A stretch of DNA of 64,000 nt from a bacterium (GCA_965261595.1 CBDHDG010000004.1:736001-800000); one strand, 5' to 3'. Shown: positions 9,921 through 20,092, counted from the first letter of the stretch. Notes: a model not told the origin generated them from the sequence alone. Program-made: numbers and translations.

Positions 9921-10442
9921 GGGCGCTTGCGCGCCGGCCAAGCTGCGGATGGAGGGGGTCGTGCTCATGACAACCTCTCTGGCGCACGGCCTTCCGAGAG
10001 TCCAACGAGCAGGTCCGCGAGTGCGGAAAGCCGACACCGAGTTTCTGGCCCCGCCGCCGGGGCGGGCGCGGGTCGGTTGACCCTCCAGCCCGCCTTCCAA
10101 TGTCGGCCAAGATGGCCGCCCTACCCTTACGATGGCCGAATGCCGGAGCGTTCCGGAGGAAGGTGGGCATTTGAACAAAGCAAGAAACCACCGCTGGCCA
10201 CAAACGGATTCTTTAGCCAAACCAACACCCCGCCCAGAAAGGCGAAACCAAGGGTCAACCGATCCGCGGCTTAGCCGCTGAAAGTTTTTCTGGGGGTTAC
10301 CAACCCCTGGGAGGGGGAACGTGCGAGGTCAAGTTTTCGCACTTGCGTGCTTGGGCGCATCAATCCACGGATTGTGTGCGCCGACCAGGGTGCGATAAAG
10401 ACGATCACCTTCATCCGCAGCTTGGCCGGCGCGCAAGCGCCC
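9921..10442. repeat. ~520-bp non-coding element bounded by 31-bp perfect (42-bp imperfect) inverted repeats with nested inner inverted repeats
   Basis: GGGCGCTTGCGCGCCGGCCAAGCTGCGGATG at 9921-9951 is the exact reverse complement of 10412-10442; inner pairs 10017-10029/10334-10346, 10067-10084/10251-10268, ~10088-10098/~10159-10169. Confidence 0.85.
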
Positions 10443-10446
10443 CGGG

Positions 10447-10920
10447 TCAATACTTTCCTTCCGCGACGGCCTCGATGGCGTCGATGATCTTCACGTATCC
10501 GGTGCACCGGCACAGGTTGCCCGAGATCCCCACCTTGATCTCCTGGCGCGTAGGCTTCGGGTATTCCTCCAAAAAAGCCTCCGCCGCGCAAAGCATCCCG
10601 GGCGTGCAAAATCCGCACTGGATCGCGCCCAACTCGATGAACGCCTCCTGAAGCGGATGAAGGGAATCCACGCTCCCCATCCCCTTCACCGTGCGCAGGG
10701 CCTTCCCGTCCGCCTGGACCGCGAGCATGCAGCACGTGTTCTCCGCCTGGCCGTCCACCACCACCACGCAAGCCCCGCAGTCCCCCTTCTCGCAACCGTT
10801 CTTCACCTCCGTCGCGCCCAGCTCGTAACGAAGCGCGTTCAGAAGAGACAGGTTCGTCGGAAAACTACGCTCCATCTCCTCGCCGTTCAACGTGAATTTC
10901 ACCGTCCGCTCTTTGTCCAT
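10447..10920 (-). CDS. XDH-family (2Fe-2S) small subunit
   Basis: GCEKGDCGAC, QCGFCTPG, GNLCRCTGY; start MDKERT after GAAAGGG. Confidence 0.95.
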   Translation of the reverse strand: MDKERTVKFTLNGEEMERSFPTNLSLLNALRYELGATEVKNGCEKGDCGACVVVVDGQAENTCCMLAVQADGKALRTVKGMGSVDSLHPLQEAFIELGAIQCGFCTPGMLCAAEAFLEEYPKPTRQEIKVGISGNLCRCTGYVKIIDAIEAVAEGKY

Positions 10921-10964
10921 GATCCCTTTTCTTTCGGGCTGGCGCTTTGCACAAAAAATGCGGG

Positions 10965-11828
10965 TCAGGCCTCTTGGCCCGAGGCCCGGCGAATCAGACG
11001 CTTCGTCAGCACGTCGCACATCAGCGTACGGTACTCCGCCGACGCCCGAATGTCGTCGATCGGCGTCGCCGCTCCAGACGCCAAACGGCCGCACTCCTCT
11101 ATCACCGATTCCTCCGGAGGACCGGAACCGGTCAGCAATCCCTCCGCCGCAGATATCCGTATCGGAACCGGCGCCACCGCACCAAGAGATATCGCCGCGC
11201 CCTCGCAACTCCCGTTCGACATCCGGAGAACCACCGCCGCGCTCACCACGGAGATCGCCATCGCCTTGCGGCGGCCAAGCTTGTAGTACCCGTAACCCGA
11301 GCCCGAGCCCAAACCCTCGAACTCGATCTCCGTCAACAACTCGTCCGGACGACGTACCGTCTGCCGCACCCCCGTCACAAATTCGTTCACCGCCACACGG
11401 CGCTCACCCGATGCGCTCTGAAGAACCGCCACCGCGTCCAGCGCCTGAAGCGGCGGAATGCAATCCGCCGCAGGCGAGCCGTCCATCAGGTTCCCCGCAA
11501 CCGTCGCGCGGTTCCGGATCGGTGGACCCGCAAAGCTCAACGCACACTCACGAAGAAGCCCCGCCTTCTCACCGATCAAGTCCGAGCGGAGCAGGTCCTC
11601 GACGCTCGCACGTGCGCCCAGCTTGATCTTGCCCCCCTCCTCGCGAATGTAGCGAAGGGAGTCGATGTAACTCACGTCCACCACCACTTCCGGAAGCTTC
11701 TTCCGGTCCCGTATCTCCACCACCAGGTTCGTGCCGCCGGAAAGAACGTGCCAGCCCTCTCCAGCGTCCTTCATCACCTCCAACGCCTCCTCCAAGCTCC
11801 GAGGCGCCGTGTAATCAAAATTCTTCAT
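10965..11828 (-). CDS. XDH-family FAD-binding subunit
   Basis: LSGGTNL, IRNRATVAGN, SPAAD, PIDDIRASAEYR. Confidence 0.95.
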   Translation of the reverse strand: MKNFDYTAPRSLEEALEVMKDAGEGWHVLSGGTNLVVEIRDRKKLPEVVVDVSYIDSLRYIREEGGKIKLGARASVEDLLRSDLIGEKAGLLRECALSFAGPPIRNRATVAGNLMDGSPAADCIPPLQALDAVAVLQSASGERRVAVNEFVTGVRQTVRRPDELLTEIEFEGLGSGSGYGYYKLGRRKAMAISVVSAAVVLRMSNGSCEGAAISLGAVAPVPIRISAAEGLLTGSGPPEESVIEECGRLASGAATPIDDIRASAEYRTLMCDVLTKRLIRRASGQEA

Positions 11829-11943
11829 CGCTCAATCCTGTCGGTGTCGGATGGCGTGTTTCCATCCAATCGGGTGACTTGATTCACAATCGGGAATCAC
11901 GCGACGGATGATACCACAACCATCGCCGCACATCGGACAACCC

Positions 11944-13293
11944 CTAGTAATCCCGCTCCAGAAACCGGCCCGTTCCCGGCTTGCCGGTGATTTCCCCGTC
12001 CCGGGCGCACACCTGGCCCCGGACCATCGTGAGCTCCGGCCAGCCCCGGACGGTCTTCCCCTCCCAAGGCGTGCAGTCGGAGATGTGGTTCAGGTCGGCG
12101 GCGCGAATGGTGACCTCCCGCTCCGGATCGACGATCACCAGGTCCGCGTCCGAGCCGGGGGCGATCAATCCCTTTCGGGGATAGAGCCCGAACGTCCGGG
12201 CGGGGGCCGCGGAGATGAGGTCCACCATCTTCTCGGCCGAAATCCGGCCGGCGTTCACGCCGTAGTGCGTCATCACCGGGAGCAGCGTCTCCAGCCCCGC
12301 CGATCCGACGATGGCGTCCCAGAAGTTGGGTTTGTGCTTAACGGCGTCCGGGGCGTGATCGGATCCAACCACGTTGATGCACCCCGCCTGAATGGCCGCC
12401 CAAAGGGCCTCGTTGTCTTCGTGGGTCCGGAGGGGCGGGTTGCACTTCCCCAGCACCCGGTCCGTGTCCTCCGCCGCGAGGGTAAGATAGTGGGGACAGG
12501 TTTCCGCGATCAGCCGGACCCCCCGCTTTCGGGCCTCGGCCAGGACGTTGGGCCCCTCTTTGATGGTGATGTGAACGATGTAGAGCGTGGCGCCGGTGAG
12601 CTGGGCGAAGAAGCAGATTCGCCACATCGCCTCCTCCTCGGTGAAATTGGGGCGCACGTCCCGCCACTGGAAGTCGTCCCGGCCCGAGGCCATGAGCTCG
12701 TCCTTGATGACGAAGATGGGCTCGATGTTCTCGCAATGCACGAGGGCGACGGCCTTCTCGCCCAGCGCGGCGATGGCCTGAAGCCCCTTCCAGATGGTCC
12801 CGTCATCGGTCGGCTCGAGGGGCGGCACGGCCTCGGAGCCCCGATAAGGCATGAAGAACTTGAACGAGGGAACGCCCATCTTCGCGACGGCGGGGATCTC
12901 CTCGACGTGGTTCAGCGAAAAGACCACCGCGTGAACGCTGGCGTCGGAAAAAGCGATGGCCTCCCACTTCTCCTTGCGCCGCCGGACGCCTTCCACGAGG
13001 CTGCCCGGCTCGATCATCATGTGCAGGTTCGTCGTCACCCCGCCGGTCACGGCGTTGGACGTGCAGCGGATCCCTTCCTCGAGCGGCCAATCGGGCCAGT
13101 CCCAATGACAATGGGAATCGACGACGCCCGGAACCAGCCACTTGCCGCCCGCGTCGATCACCTCGGCGGCGGACGGCGGATTCGCGTCCGACCCGCACGC
13201 CGCAATCTTCTCGCCGGAAATCCCGACCCACCCCTCGAACCGGCTGCGGGCGTTGATGACGACGGCGTTGTGGATGACGGTGTCGAGGTTCAT
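11944..13293 (-). CDS. Cyclic amidohydrolase (dihydroorotase / hydantoinase / allantoinase family)
   Basis: PGVVDSHCH, SFKFF, HCEN, IVHI, ETCPHYL, KCNPPLR, GSDHAP. Confidence 0.92.
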   Translation of the reverse strand: MNLDTVIHNAVVINARSRFEGWVGISGEKIAACGSDANPPSAAEVIDAGGKWLVPGVVDSHCHWDWPDWPLEEGIRCTSNAVTGGVTTNLHMMIEPGSLVEGVRRRKEKWEAIAFSDASVHAVVFSLNHVEEIPAVAKMGVPSFKFFMPYRGSEAVPPLEPTDDGTIWKGLQAIAALGEKAVALVHCENIEPIFVIKDELMASGRDDFQWRDVRPNFTEEEAMWRICFFAQLTGATLYIVHITIKEGPNVLAEARKRGVRLIAETCPHYLTLAAEDTDRVLGKCNPPLRTHEDNEALWAAIQAGCINVVGSDHAPDAVKHKPNFWDAIVGSAGLETLLPVMTHYGVNAGRISAEKMVDLISAAPARTFGLYPRKGLIAPGSDADLVIVDPEREVTIRAADLNHISDCTPWEGKTVRGWPELTMVRGQVCARDGEITGKPGTGRFLERDY

Positions 13294-13323
13294 TCATTCC
13301 TCCCGAATTTCAGCCCGGCTTCT

Positions 13324-13818
13324 CTAGCCGCCGGACGATTCATTTTCCGGCGACGCCTCCACGGCCGCTGAAACGGCGTCGATGATCCCGGTATACCCCG
13401 TGCACCGGCAGAGGTTTCCCGAGATGGCTTCCCGGATCTCCTCCCGCGTCGGCCGGGGGTTGTCCTTCAGGAACTCCGTCAGGGTCATCAGGAAACCCGG
13501 CGTGCAGAATCCGCACTGGAGGCCGTGATGGGTCTTGAAGGATTCCTGGAGGCCGCTCATGGCCTCCGGCGTCCCCAGGTCCTCGACGGTCCGGATCTCC
13601 CGGCCGTCCGCCTGAACGGCGAACAGGAGGCAGGAGCGCGCCCCGCGTCCATCCACGAGGACCGTGCAGGCCCCGCAAACGCCGTGCTCGCACCCCACGT
13701 GCGTCCCCGTCAGACCCGCGTCCTCCCGGATGAAGTCGCTCAGCAGCTTCCGCGTCGGGACCGCCGCCGTGTAATCCGTCCCGTTGATCCGGACCGTGAT
13801 GGTCCTCTCCCTGCTCAT
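13324..13818 (-). CDS. CoxS-like (2Fe-2S) subunit
   Basis: GCEHGVCGAC, LQCGFCTPG, GNLCRCTGY; ATGA overlap with upstream gene. Confidence 0.95.
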   Translation of the reverse strand: MSRERTITVRINGTDYTAAVPTRKLLSDFIREDAGLTGTHVGCEHGVCGACTVLVDGRGARSCLLFAVQADGREIRTVEDLGTPEAMSGLQESFKTHHGLQCGFCTPGFLMTLTEFLKDNPRPTREEIREAISGNLCRCTGYTGIIDAVSAAVEASPENESSGG

Positions 13819-14705
13819 TCCGGGCGCCCTCCCGCGTTCTGAAAGGCCTCGGCGAGACACGCGCGGGTCAGGCGCGCGGCCAGGTCGCGGCGAAAGGCCA
13901 CCGTGGCGTGAATGTCTTCATCCGGGTCGGCCTCTTCTCCGGCGATCCGGCCGGCCTCGTCGATCCGCGCGGCCGTCGGCTCGGCCCCCTCCAGCGACTC
14001 GGACGCCCGGACGGCCCGGACCGCCGTCGGCCCGACGCCCATCAGGGCCACGCTCGCCCTTTTGCACACACCGTCTTCCACCGTCACCAGGGCCATCGAT
14101 CCGGCGATGGCGAAATCCCCGTTCCGCCGGGACAGCTCATGGACCGCGAAGCCTGAGCCGGGCGGGTGAACGGGGATCCGGAAACCCATGAGCAGGTCCG
14201 TCGGCGCCAGCGTCGTCGTCAGGTACGTGACGAAGAAATCCGCCGCCGCTTCTTCCCGGACCTCGCCCGCGGCGTTTCGGATCAGGATTCCGGCGTCGAG
14301 CGCGAGCAGGGCCGACGGGATCTCCCCCGCCGGGTCGTTGTGCGCCGCGCCGCCGCCGATGGTGCTCCGGTTGCGAATTTGGGCGTGTCCAATCCAGGAC
14401 GAAACCAGGGCCAACAGACCGCACTTCTCCCGGATCAGCGCCGATTCCTCCAGGTCCCGGTCCCGGGTCATTGCGCCGATCTCCAGACATCCCCCTCCCT
14501 CCCCCTCCCCCTCGCGGATGTAGGCCAGCTCCTCCACGCCGTTGAGGTCGATGAGCGCCGAGGGCCGGGCGAGGCGGAAATTCATCAGCGGGACGAGGCT
14601 CTGCCCCCCCGCCAGGAGCTTTCCGTCCTCGCCGTGCTCCGCCAGGAGCGCCATCGTCTCATCGACGGTCCGGGGATCGAAGTAATCGAAGGCCACGGGC
14701 TTCAT
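13815..14705 (-). CDS. CoxM-like FAD-binding subunit
   Basis: MKPVAFDY, LAGGQSLVPLMNFRLARP, IRNRSTIGG, RRNGDFA. Confidence 0.95.
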   Translation of the reverse strand: MKPVAFDYFDPRTVDETMALLAEHGEDGKLLAGGQSLVPLMNFRLARPSALIDLNGVEELAYIREGEGEGGGCLEIGAMTRDRDLEESALIREKCGLLALVSSWIGHAQIRNRSTIGGGAAHNDPAGEIPSALLALDAGILIRNAAGEVREEAAADFFVTYLTTTLAPTDLLMGFRIPVHPPGSGFAVHELSRRNGDFAIAGSMALVTVEDGVCKRASVALMGVGPTAVRAVRASESLEGAEPTAARIDEAGRIAGEEADPDEDIHATVAFRRDLAARLTRACLAEAFQNAGGRPE

Positions 14706-17071
14706 GGACGCGCTCCCCCCTCCCCCTCCCCTCCCCGCTTTTCCCGGAGAAGGCTGTGCAGAATCCCGGGACCCAGGGGAACCGCGTCGATCTCGACGCC
14801 GAACTCGGACAGCGCGTCCTGAACGGCCTGGGCGATGACCGTGGGCGCGGGGATCGTCCCCCCCTCGCCGCACCCCTTGACCCCCAGGGGGTTGATGGGG
14901 GACGGCGTGACCAAGTGGTGAATCTCGACCTCCGGGACCTCCGAGGCGGTGGGGACGCAATAGTCCATCAGGCTCGCGGTGAGCAACGCGCCGCTCTGCT
15001 TGTCGTGAACCAGCTTCTCGTAGAACGCGCCGCCCAGGCCCTGGGCGAAGCCCCCCTTGATCTGGCCGTCCACAATCTTCGGGTTGATCATGTTCCCGCA
15101 GTCATGGACGATGACGTACTTCAGGATTTTAATGTCGCAGCGATCGGGATCGACCTCGACGATGGCCGCGTGCGTCCCGCTGGAGAAGGCCGCCGTTTTG
15201 GGGACGTGGAACTCGGTCGCCTCCAGGCCGGGGATGAAGTCGGCGGGGAGGTTCCCCCGGAGGGGATTCGCGAGACGCGCCACGTCCCGGAAGGTCAGCT
15301 TTCTCGCCGGGGCGCCCTCGACGTAAACATGGCCGTCATTGAAGACAAGGCTTTCAGGCGGCGCCTCCAGCTCCTCCGCGGCGACCTTGGCCATCATCTC
15401 CCAGACCTTCACGGCCGCCTTGTGGACGGCCGAGCCCGTCACGACGGCCGTCCGGGAGGCGTAATTGCCGACCCCCCAGTGGAACTTGTCCGTATCGCCC
15501 GTCGCGACGCGAATCCGGCCGGGATCGATTCCGAGCGCCTCGGCGGCGATCTGCGAAAACGTGGTTTCCGCCCCCTGCCCCGTGGCCCCGCTTCCCGTCC
15601 CCACGAAGACATCCCCCGTCGGCTCGACGTACACCCTCGCGCCTTCATACGGGCCGATGCCGGTCCCCTCGACATAGTTGGCGACGCCGATGCCGACGTA
15701 CCGGCCTTCTTTTCGGTAAGCCGCTTTTCCGCTTTTGCGGAATTCCTCATACCCGACCGCCTCGACGGCGGTGCGCTGGCAGGCGGGGTAATCGCCGCTG
15801 TCATAGATGACGTCCGAGGTGTCCTGATAGATCATCCCCATGTCCCACGGGAACTCGTCCGGCTGAATCAGGTTTTTCGCGCGAAGCGCCAGCGGGTCCA
15901 TGCCGAGGGCCTTGGCGGCCTCGTCGAACAGCCGCTCGATAACGAAGACGGCCTGGGGACGGCCGGCGCCGCGGTAGGGCGTCACCGTGATCCGGTTGGT
16001 GTAGACCGACCGGAGGCGGGACCGGTAGTTCCGCACGCGGTACGGGCCGGGCAGGGTGGTGCTCGTGACGATCCCGACGATGATCCCGTATGGGACGTAG
16101 GCCCCCGCGTCGAGGAGGAAGTCGTCCCGGACGCCGAGGAGGGTCCCGTCCTTCGCGAAGGCGATCTCGGCCTGGTGGACCTGGGCGCGCTCCTGGGTGC
16201 TCGCGAGGAAGTGCTCCCGCCGGTCCTCGATCCACTTGACGGGCGAGCCCAGAAGCATCGCGCAGTGCGGAACCAGGATCTCTTCGGGATAGAAGATGAT
16301 GGCCTTCGGTCCGAACCCGCCGCCCACGTCGGGCGCGATGAGCCGCACGTCGTGCTCCGGCAGGCCGAGGATCTGGGCCAGCCCGGCCCGCAGCGGGACC
16401 GGGGCCTGCGTCGAGACATGGACCTTGAGCTTGCGGTCCCGCGCGTCCCACTCCGCCAGGACCCCCCGGCCCTCCATCGCGATGGAGGCCCCTCGGTCGA
16501 TGACGAACCGCTTCTTGATCACGACGTCGGCCCCGGCGAAGGCCCCATCGGGGTCCCCCACGACCTGGAGGAAATCCGCCGCGACGTTGGAGCCGATCTC
16601 TTCGTGGACGAGAGCCCCCCCCTCATCCAGCGCCGCCTCCACCTCCGTCACCGGCGGGAGGGCCTCGTAATCCACCTCGATGAGCTCGAGGGCGTCTTCG
16701 GCGGTGTAGCGGTCTCCGGCGACGACGACGGCGACCGGCTCGCCTTCATAGCGGACCTTGCCGACGGCCAGCGGGGTCGGCGTCCTGGGGTCCTTGATCG
16801 CGGCGTGCGGGACAAGCTGCGGAAGCGGGGCGGCGAGATCGCCCAGGTCGGCGGCCGTCAAAACGAGCCTTACGCCGTCCAGGGCGCTTGCGGCGTCGGT
16901 CCGGATGGAGCGGATCTTCGCGTGGACGTGCGGGCTCCGCAGGACGGCGGCGTGCAGGCATCCGGGCGGATGGATGTCATCCACAAACCGGCCGCGGCCC
17001 GTGAGGAGACGCGCATCCTCGAACCGGGGCTGGCTCTTACCGAAATAACGGCCCGTCTCGACCCCCTTCAT
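14702..17071 (-). CDS. CoxL form II-like molybdenum hydroxylase large subunit (not a bona fide CO dehydrogenase)
   Basis: FEDARLLTGRGRFVDD, DVGGGFGPK, active-site loop PYRGAGR, GVKGCGE. Confidence 0.93.
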   Translation of the reverse strand: MKGVETGRYFGKSQPRFEDARLLTGRGRFVDDIHPPGCLHAAVLRSPHVHAKIRSIRTDAASALDGVRLVLTAADLGDLAAPLPQLVPHAAIKDPRTPTPLAVGKVRYEGEPVAVVVAGDRYTAEDALELIEVDYEALPPVTEVEAALDEGGALVHEEIGSNVAADFLQVVGDPDGAFAGADVVIKKRFVIDRGASIAMEGRGVLAEWDARDRKLKVHVSTQAPVPLRAGLAQILGLPEHDVRLIAPDVGGGFGPKAIIFYPEEILVPHCAMLLGSPVKWIEDRREHFLASTQERAQVHQAEIAFAKDGTLLGVRDDFLLDAGAYVPYGIIVGIVTSTTLPGPYRVRNYRSRLRSVYTNRITVTPYRGAGRPQAVFVIERLFDEAAKALGMDPLALRAKNLIQPDEFPWDMGMIYQDTSDVIYDSGDYPACQRTAVEAVGYEEFRKSGKAAYRKEGRYVGIGVANYVEGTGIGPYEGARVYVEPTGDVFVGTGSGATGQGAETTFSQIAAEALGIDPGRIRVATGDTDKFHWGVGNYASRTAVVTGSAVHKAAVKVWEMMAKVAAEELEAPPESLVFNDGHVYVEGAPARKLTFRDVARLANPLRGNLPADFIPGLEATEFHVPKTAAFSSGTHAAIVEVDPDRCDIKILKYVIVHDCGNMINPKIVDGQIKGGFAQGLGGAFYEKLVHDKQSGALLTASLMDYCVPTASEVPEVEIHHLVTPSPINPLGVKGCGEGGTIPAPTVIAQAVQDALSEFGVEIDAVPLGPGILHSLLREKRGGEGEGGARP

Positions 17072-17348
17072 CGATTCAGCCCCCTCCCCCCCCATGATCG
17101 TGAACCCCTCAATCGGCGCCTCATGCCTCTGAATCCCGACGGCGGGAATCAAAAGTCCGAGGCGAACATCGCGCGGATCATTTCTCAGGATTTGTCCCAT
17201 GCCGGCCGAAACGGCATTATATTCATTTGCCGCGCTCCAGGAAACCCCGGCCTGGGGGGTCATGTCCACGGAGTCGGGGGAAACCTTGAGCCGTTCAGAC
17301 CGGATTCGCCATGGCGGGCGCCGGCCGGTTACACCTGAAGGATTGCCC

Positions 17349-18653
17349 ATGCGCCGCTGGACCGCAGCCGCCGCCGTTTACCGGGACAAACGGATCCTCG
17401 TGATCCTGTTCCTGGGATTCTCCAGCGGACTTCCCCTCCTGCTGACCTTCTCCACGCTGTCCATCTGGCTCAAGGAGTTGGGCGTCAGCAAGACGGCCAT
17501 CGGACTGTTCGCGCTGGTCGGGACGCCCTACACGCTTAAATTTTTGTGGGCGCCGCTGGTCGATCACCTGCGCGTGCCGTTCCTCACCGCCCGCCTTGGC
17601 CCCCGGCGAAGCTGGGCCATCCTGACCCAGCTCGCGCTGATGGCCGCCTTGGTCGGCCTGGGCTCGACCGACCCGCTCGAAGACCTCCGGCTCACCGCCA
17701 TCCTGGCCCTCGTCGTCACATTCTGCTCGGCGAGCCAGGACATCGTCATCGACGCCTACCGCGTCGAAATCCTCGAGGAGAGCCAGTACGGCGCCGGGGC
17801 GGCGACGATCGTATTCGGCTACCGCATGGGGATGCTGACGTCGGGCGCGGGGTCGCTCTACCTTGCGTCCTTCATGGACTGGTCCGCTGTCTACGCCGTC
17901 ATGGGGGCCCTCGTAACCGTCGGGATCGCGACGATCCTCCTCAGCCCCGAGCCGAAGCGCGGCGGCGTCCCCAAGCCGGGGAGCGGTCCGGCTTCCGAAC
18001 GATCGGCCTGGGCCGAGGCGGCCGCGTGGATACGGACGGCCGTGATCGACCCCTTCGCCGACTTCATGAACAGGCGCGGCTGGGTCCTCATCCTGATATT
18101 CGTCATTTTCTACAAGCTCGGCGACACCATGGCCGGGGCCATGGCGAACCCGTTTTACCTGGAGCTCAATTTCACGAAGATCGAGATCGCCAACGTGAGC
18201 AAGCTGTTCGGCCTCGCGGCGACGCTCGCGGGCGGGTTCATCGGCGGCGTCCTGGTCAACAAGGTCGGCATCCTCCGGGGCCTGCTGATCTGCGGCGTCC
18301 TCCAGATGTTGTCGAACCTGATGTTCGCGATCCAGGCGGCCGTGGGCCACAGCGTCCCGATGCTGGCCCTCACCATCGGCATCGAGAACGTGACGGGCGG
18401 CATGGGGACGGCGGCGTTCGTCGCCTATTTATCGGGTCTTTGCAGCGCCCGGTACACAGCCACGCAGTACGCCCTGCTGAGCGCCCTGATGTCGCTCCCG
18501 CGGACGATGCTCTCGGCCTCGGCCGGGTGGCTGGCCGATCACCTGGACTGGGTGACCTTCTTCCTCGTGACAACCGCGGCGGCGCTCCCCGGCCTTCTTC
18601 TGCTCTGGCGCCTGATGCGGCGGGAGCAGCTCTCGGAAGTCACGGCGGAGTGA
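17349..18653 (+). CDS. ampG: AmpG muropeptide MFS permease (start uncertain)
   Basis: LGFSSGLPLLL, KFLWAPLVD, SASQDIVIDAYR, TATQYALLS. Confidence 0.92.
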   Translation: MRRWTAAAAVYRDKRILVILFLGFSSGLPLLLTFSTLSIWLKELGVSKTAIGLFALVGTPYTLKFLWAPLVDHLRVPFLTARLGPRRSWAILTQLALMAALVGLGSTDPLEDLRLTAILALVVTFCSASQDIVIDAYRVEILEESQYGAGAATIVFGYRMGMLTSGAGSLYLASFMDWSAVYAVMGALVTVGIATILLSPEPKRGGVPKPGSGPASERSAWAEAAAWIRTAVIDPFADFMNRRGWVLILIFVIFYKLGDTMAGAMANPFYLELNFTKIEIANVSKLFGLAATLAGGFIGGVLVNKVGILRGLLICGVLQMLSNLMFAIQAAVGHSVPMLALTIGIENVTGGMGTAAFVAYLSGLCSARYTATQYALLSALMSLPRTMLSASAGWLADHLDWVTFFLVTTAAALPGLLLLWRLMRREQLSEVTAE

Positions 18654-18681
18654 GTCTCGGCGCACCCGCCCCGAGGAGCGG

Positions 18682-19902
18682 CTACTTCCCCGCCGGCCTC
18701 TCCAGCCCGAAAAGCTTCAGCGCGGACTCGCCCAGGATGTTCCGTTTGGCTTGTTCGGACAGGAACGGCAGGTCGTAGATCGTGCTGGGCAGATCGAAAT
18801 CCCAGTGGGGCCAATCCGAGGCGTAGAGGAGTTGGGTCTCGGCGTTGATCATCGCCAGGGTGGTTTCGAGACCCCTGCGGTCCGTTCTTTCCATGGGCTG
18901 GGAGGAGTAGTACATCTCGCGCATGTAATCGCTCGGCCGCCGCTGGAGCTCCGGCGCTTCGGACGTGCGCATCATGTACTCGCTGTCCAGCCGCTGCATC
19001 ATGAACGGGACCCAGGCCAACCCGCTTTCGATCCAGAGGACCTTCACGTCGGGGAACCGCTCGGGCATGCCGTTGAGGACCCAGTTGGTCAGGTGAAGCA
19101 TGTTCCAGAAGACGAACCCCAGGGCGTGGACGCCGATGAAGCGGCGGAGCTGGGCCATGGAGGGGTTCTCCCACGAATACCCCCCGTGAAACGCGAGGGG
19201 GAGCCGCCGTTCGTTGAGCGCGGCGTACAGCTTCATGTACTGGTTGTGGTGGACCGGCTTGTCCCGGACGCTGGTGACCATGAAGCCGACAACGCCGGGC
19301 TCGTCCGCGAACTCTTCGACCATCCGAAGGGCCTCGTCCGGCTCGCTGATCGGTAAGTAGAGCATGGATTTGATGCGGCCCTCGGCCTTCAGGATGTTCT
19401 CCACCATCCAGCGGTTGTAGGCCCGCGCCAGCAGGCACTCCATCTCGGACTGCGGGTGCATCCCCAGGTTGAGCATCTGCGTGGGGAAGACCACCATGTA
19501 ATCGATGCCGAAGCTCTCCATGGCGCGTCGCGTGAGAACCACGTCGCGGTGCACGTCTTTGTCCTCGACCTCCTCCCGCCGGTCCGAATGGTGGGAGATC
19601 CGGCCGCCGACATCCTGATACCGCATGCCCAGGTTGCCGTACATGCCGTACGGAGGCGCGCCCACGCGGGACTCGTGATACGCCTTCGCCTGATCGCGGA
19701 TCACCGGGTCTTCGATGAATTCCACCACCTCTTTCCAGGAAGAGACCTCGACGTGGTGTGAATCGATATCGACGATCACGTAATCCTGGAGGTTTCTTTC
19801 CTCCGCCTGCCGCCTCGCGTGCGCCAGGATTTCCCGCGTATCGGTGTAGACGTCGAACTGCTTGACCGGGAGTTCATGGACGGCTTTGGTTCTCGTCTCC
19901 AT
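18682..19902 (-). CDS. Amidohydrolase_2 family protein (possible amidohydrolase-related dinuclear oxygenase)
   Basis: VDIDSHH, LAFHG, WIESGLAW, YASDWPHWDFD; start after AGGAGA. Confidence 0.88.
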   Translation of the reverse strand: METRTKAVHELPVKQFDVYTDTREILAHARRQAEERNLQDYVIVDIDSHHVEVSSWKEVVEFIEDPVIRDQAKAYHESRVGAPPYGMYGNLGMRYQDVGGRISHHSDRREEVEDKDVHRDVVLTRRAMESFGIDYMVVFPTQMLNLGMHPQSEMECLLARAYNRWMVENILKAEGRIKSMLYLPISEPDEALRMVEEFADEPGVVGFMVTSVRDKPVHHNQYMKLYAALNERRLPLAFHGGYSWENPSMAQLRRFIGVHALGFVFWNMLHLTNWVLNGMPERFPDVKVLWIESGLAWVPFMMQRLDSEYMMRTSEAPELQRRPSDYMREMYYSSQPMERTDRRGLETTLAMINAETQLLYASDWPHWDFDLPSTIYDLPFLSEQAKRNILGESALKLFGLERPAGK

Positions 19903-19945
19903 CACCCTGTCTCCTGAATCCGTCCTGAGACCGCGCGGGGTTGAT

Positions 19946-20039
19946 GGCGGGCAAGATGCCCGCCCCACCATTTTGAAAACACCGGCTTTCCATAAATTGG
20001 TGGGCCGGGCGTTTAGGTCGGTTGATCCCTTGCCCGGCC
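19946..20039. repeat. Pair of oppositely oriented REP-like palindromes (GT[AG]G family)
   Basis: GGCGGGCAAGATGCCCGCCCCACC (19946-19969) and GGTGGGCCGGGC...TTGCCCGGCC (19999-20039). Confidence 0.65.
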
Positions 20040-20092
20040 GGAAGGAAACACGGGGGTCCCCAAATCTAATCCTAATTTTACGAAATATTACC

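Noticed and set aside
10376..10400. Group IIC intron 5' end (GTGCGCCGACCAGGGTGCG)
   Set aside because: No domain V/VI or reverse transcriptase follows; the motif is explained as part of the IR arm
13324..17071. Aerobic CO dehydrogenase (coxLMS form I)
   Set aside because: The active-site loop is PYRGAGR, not AYxCSFR, and no cox accessory genes are adjacent
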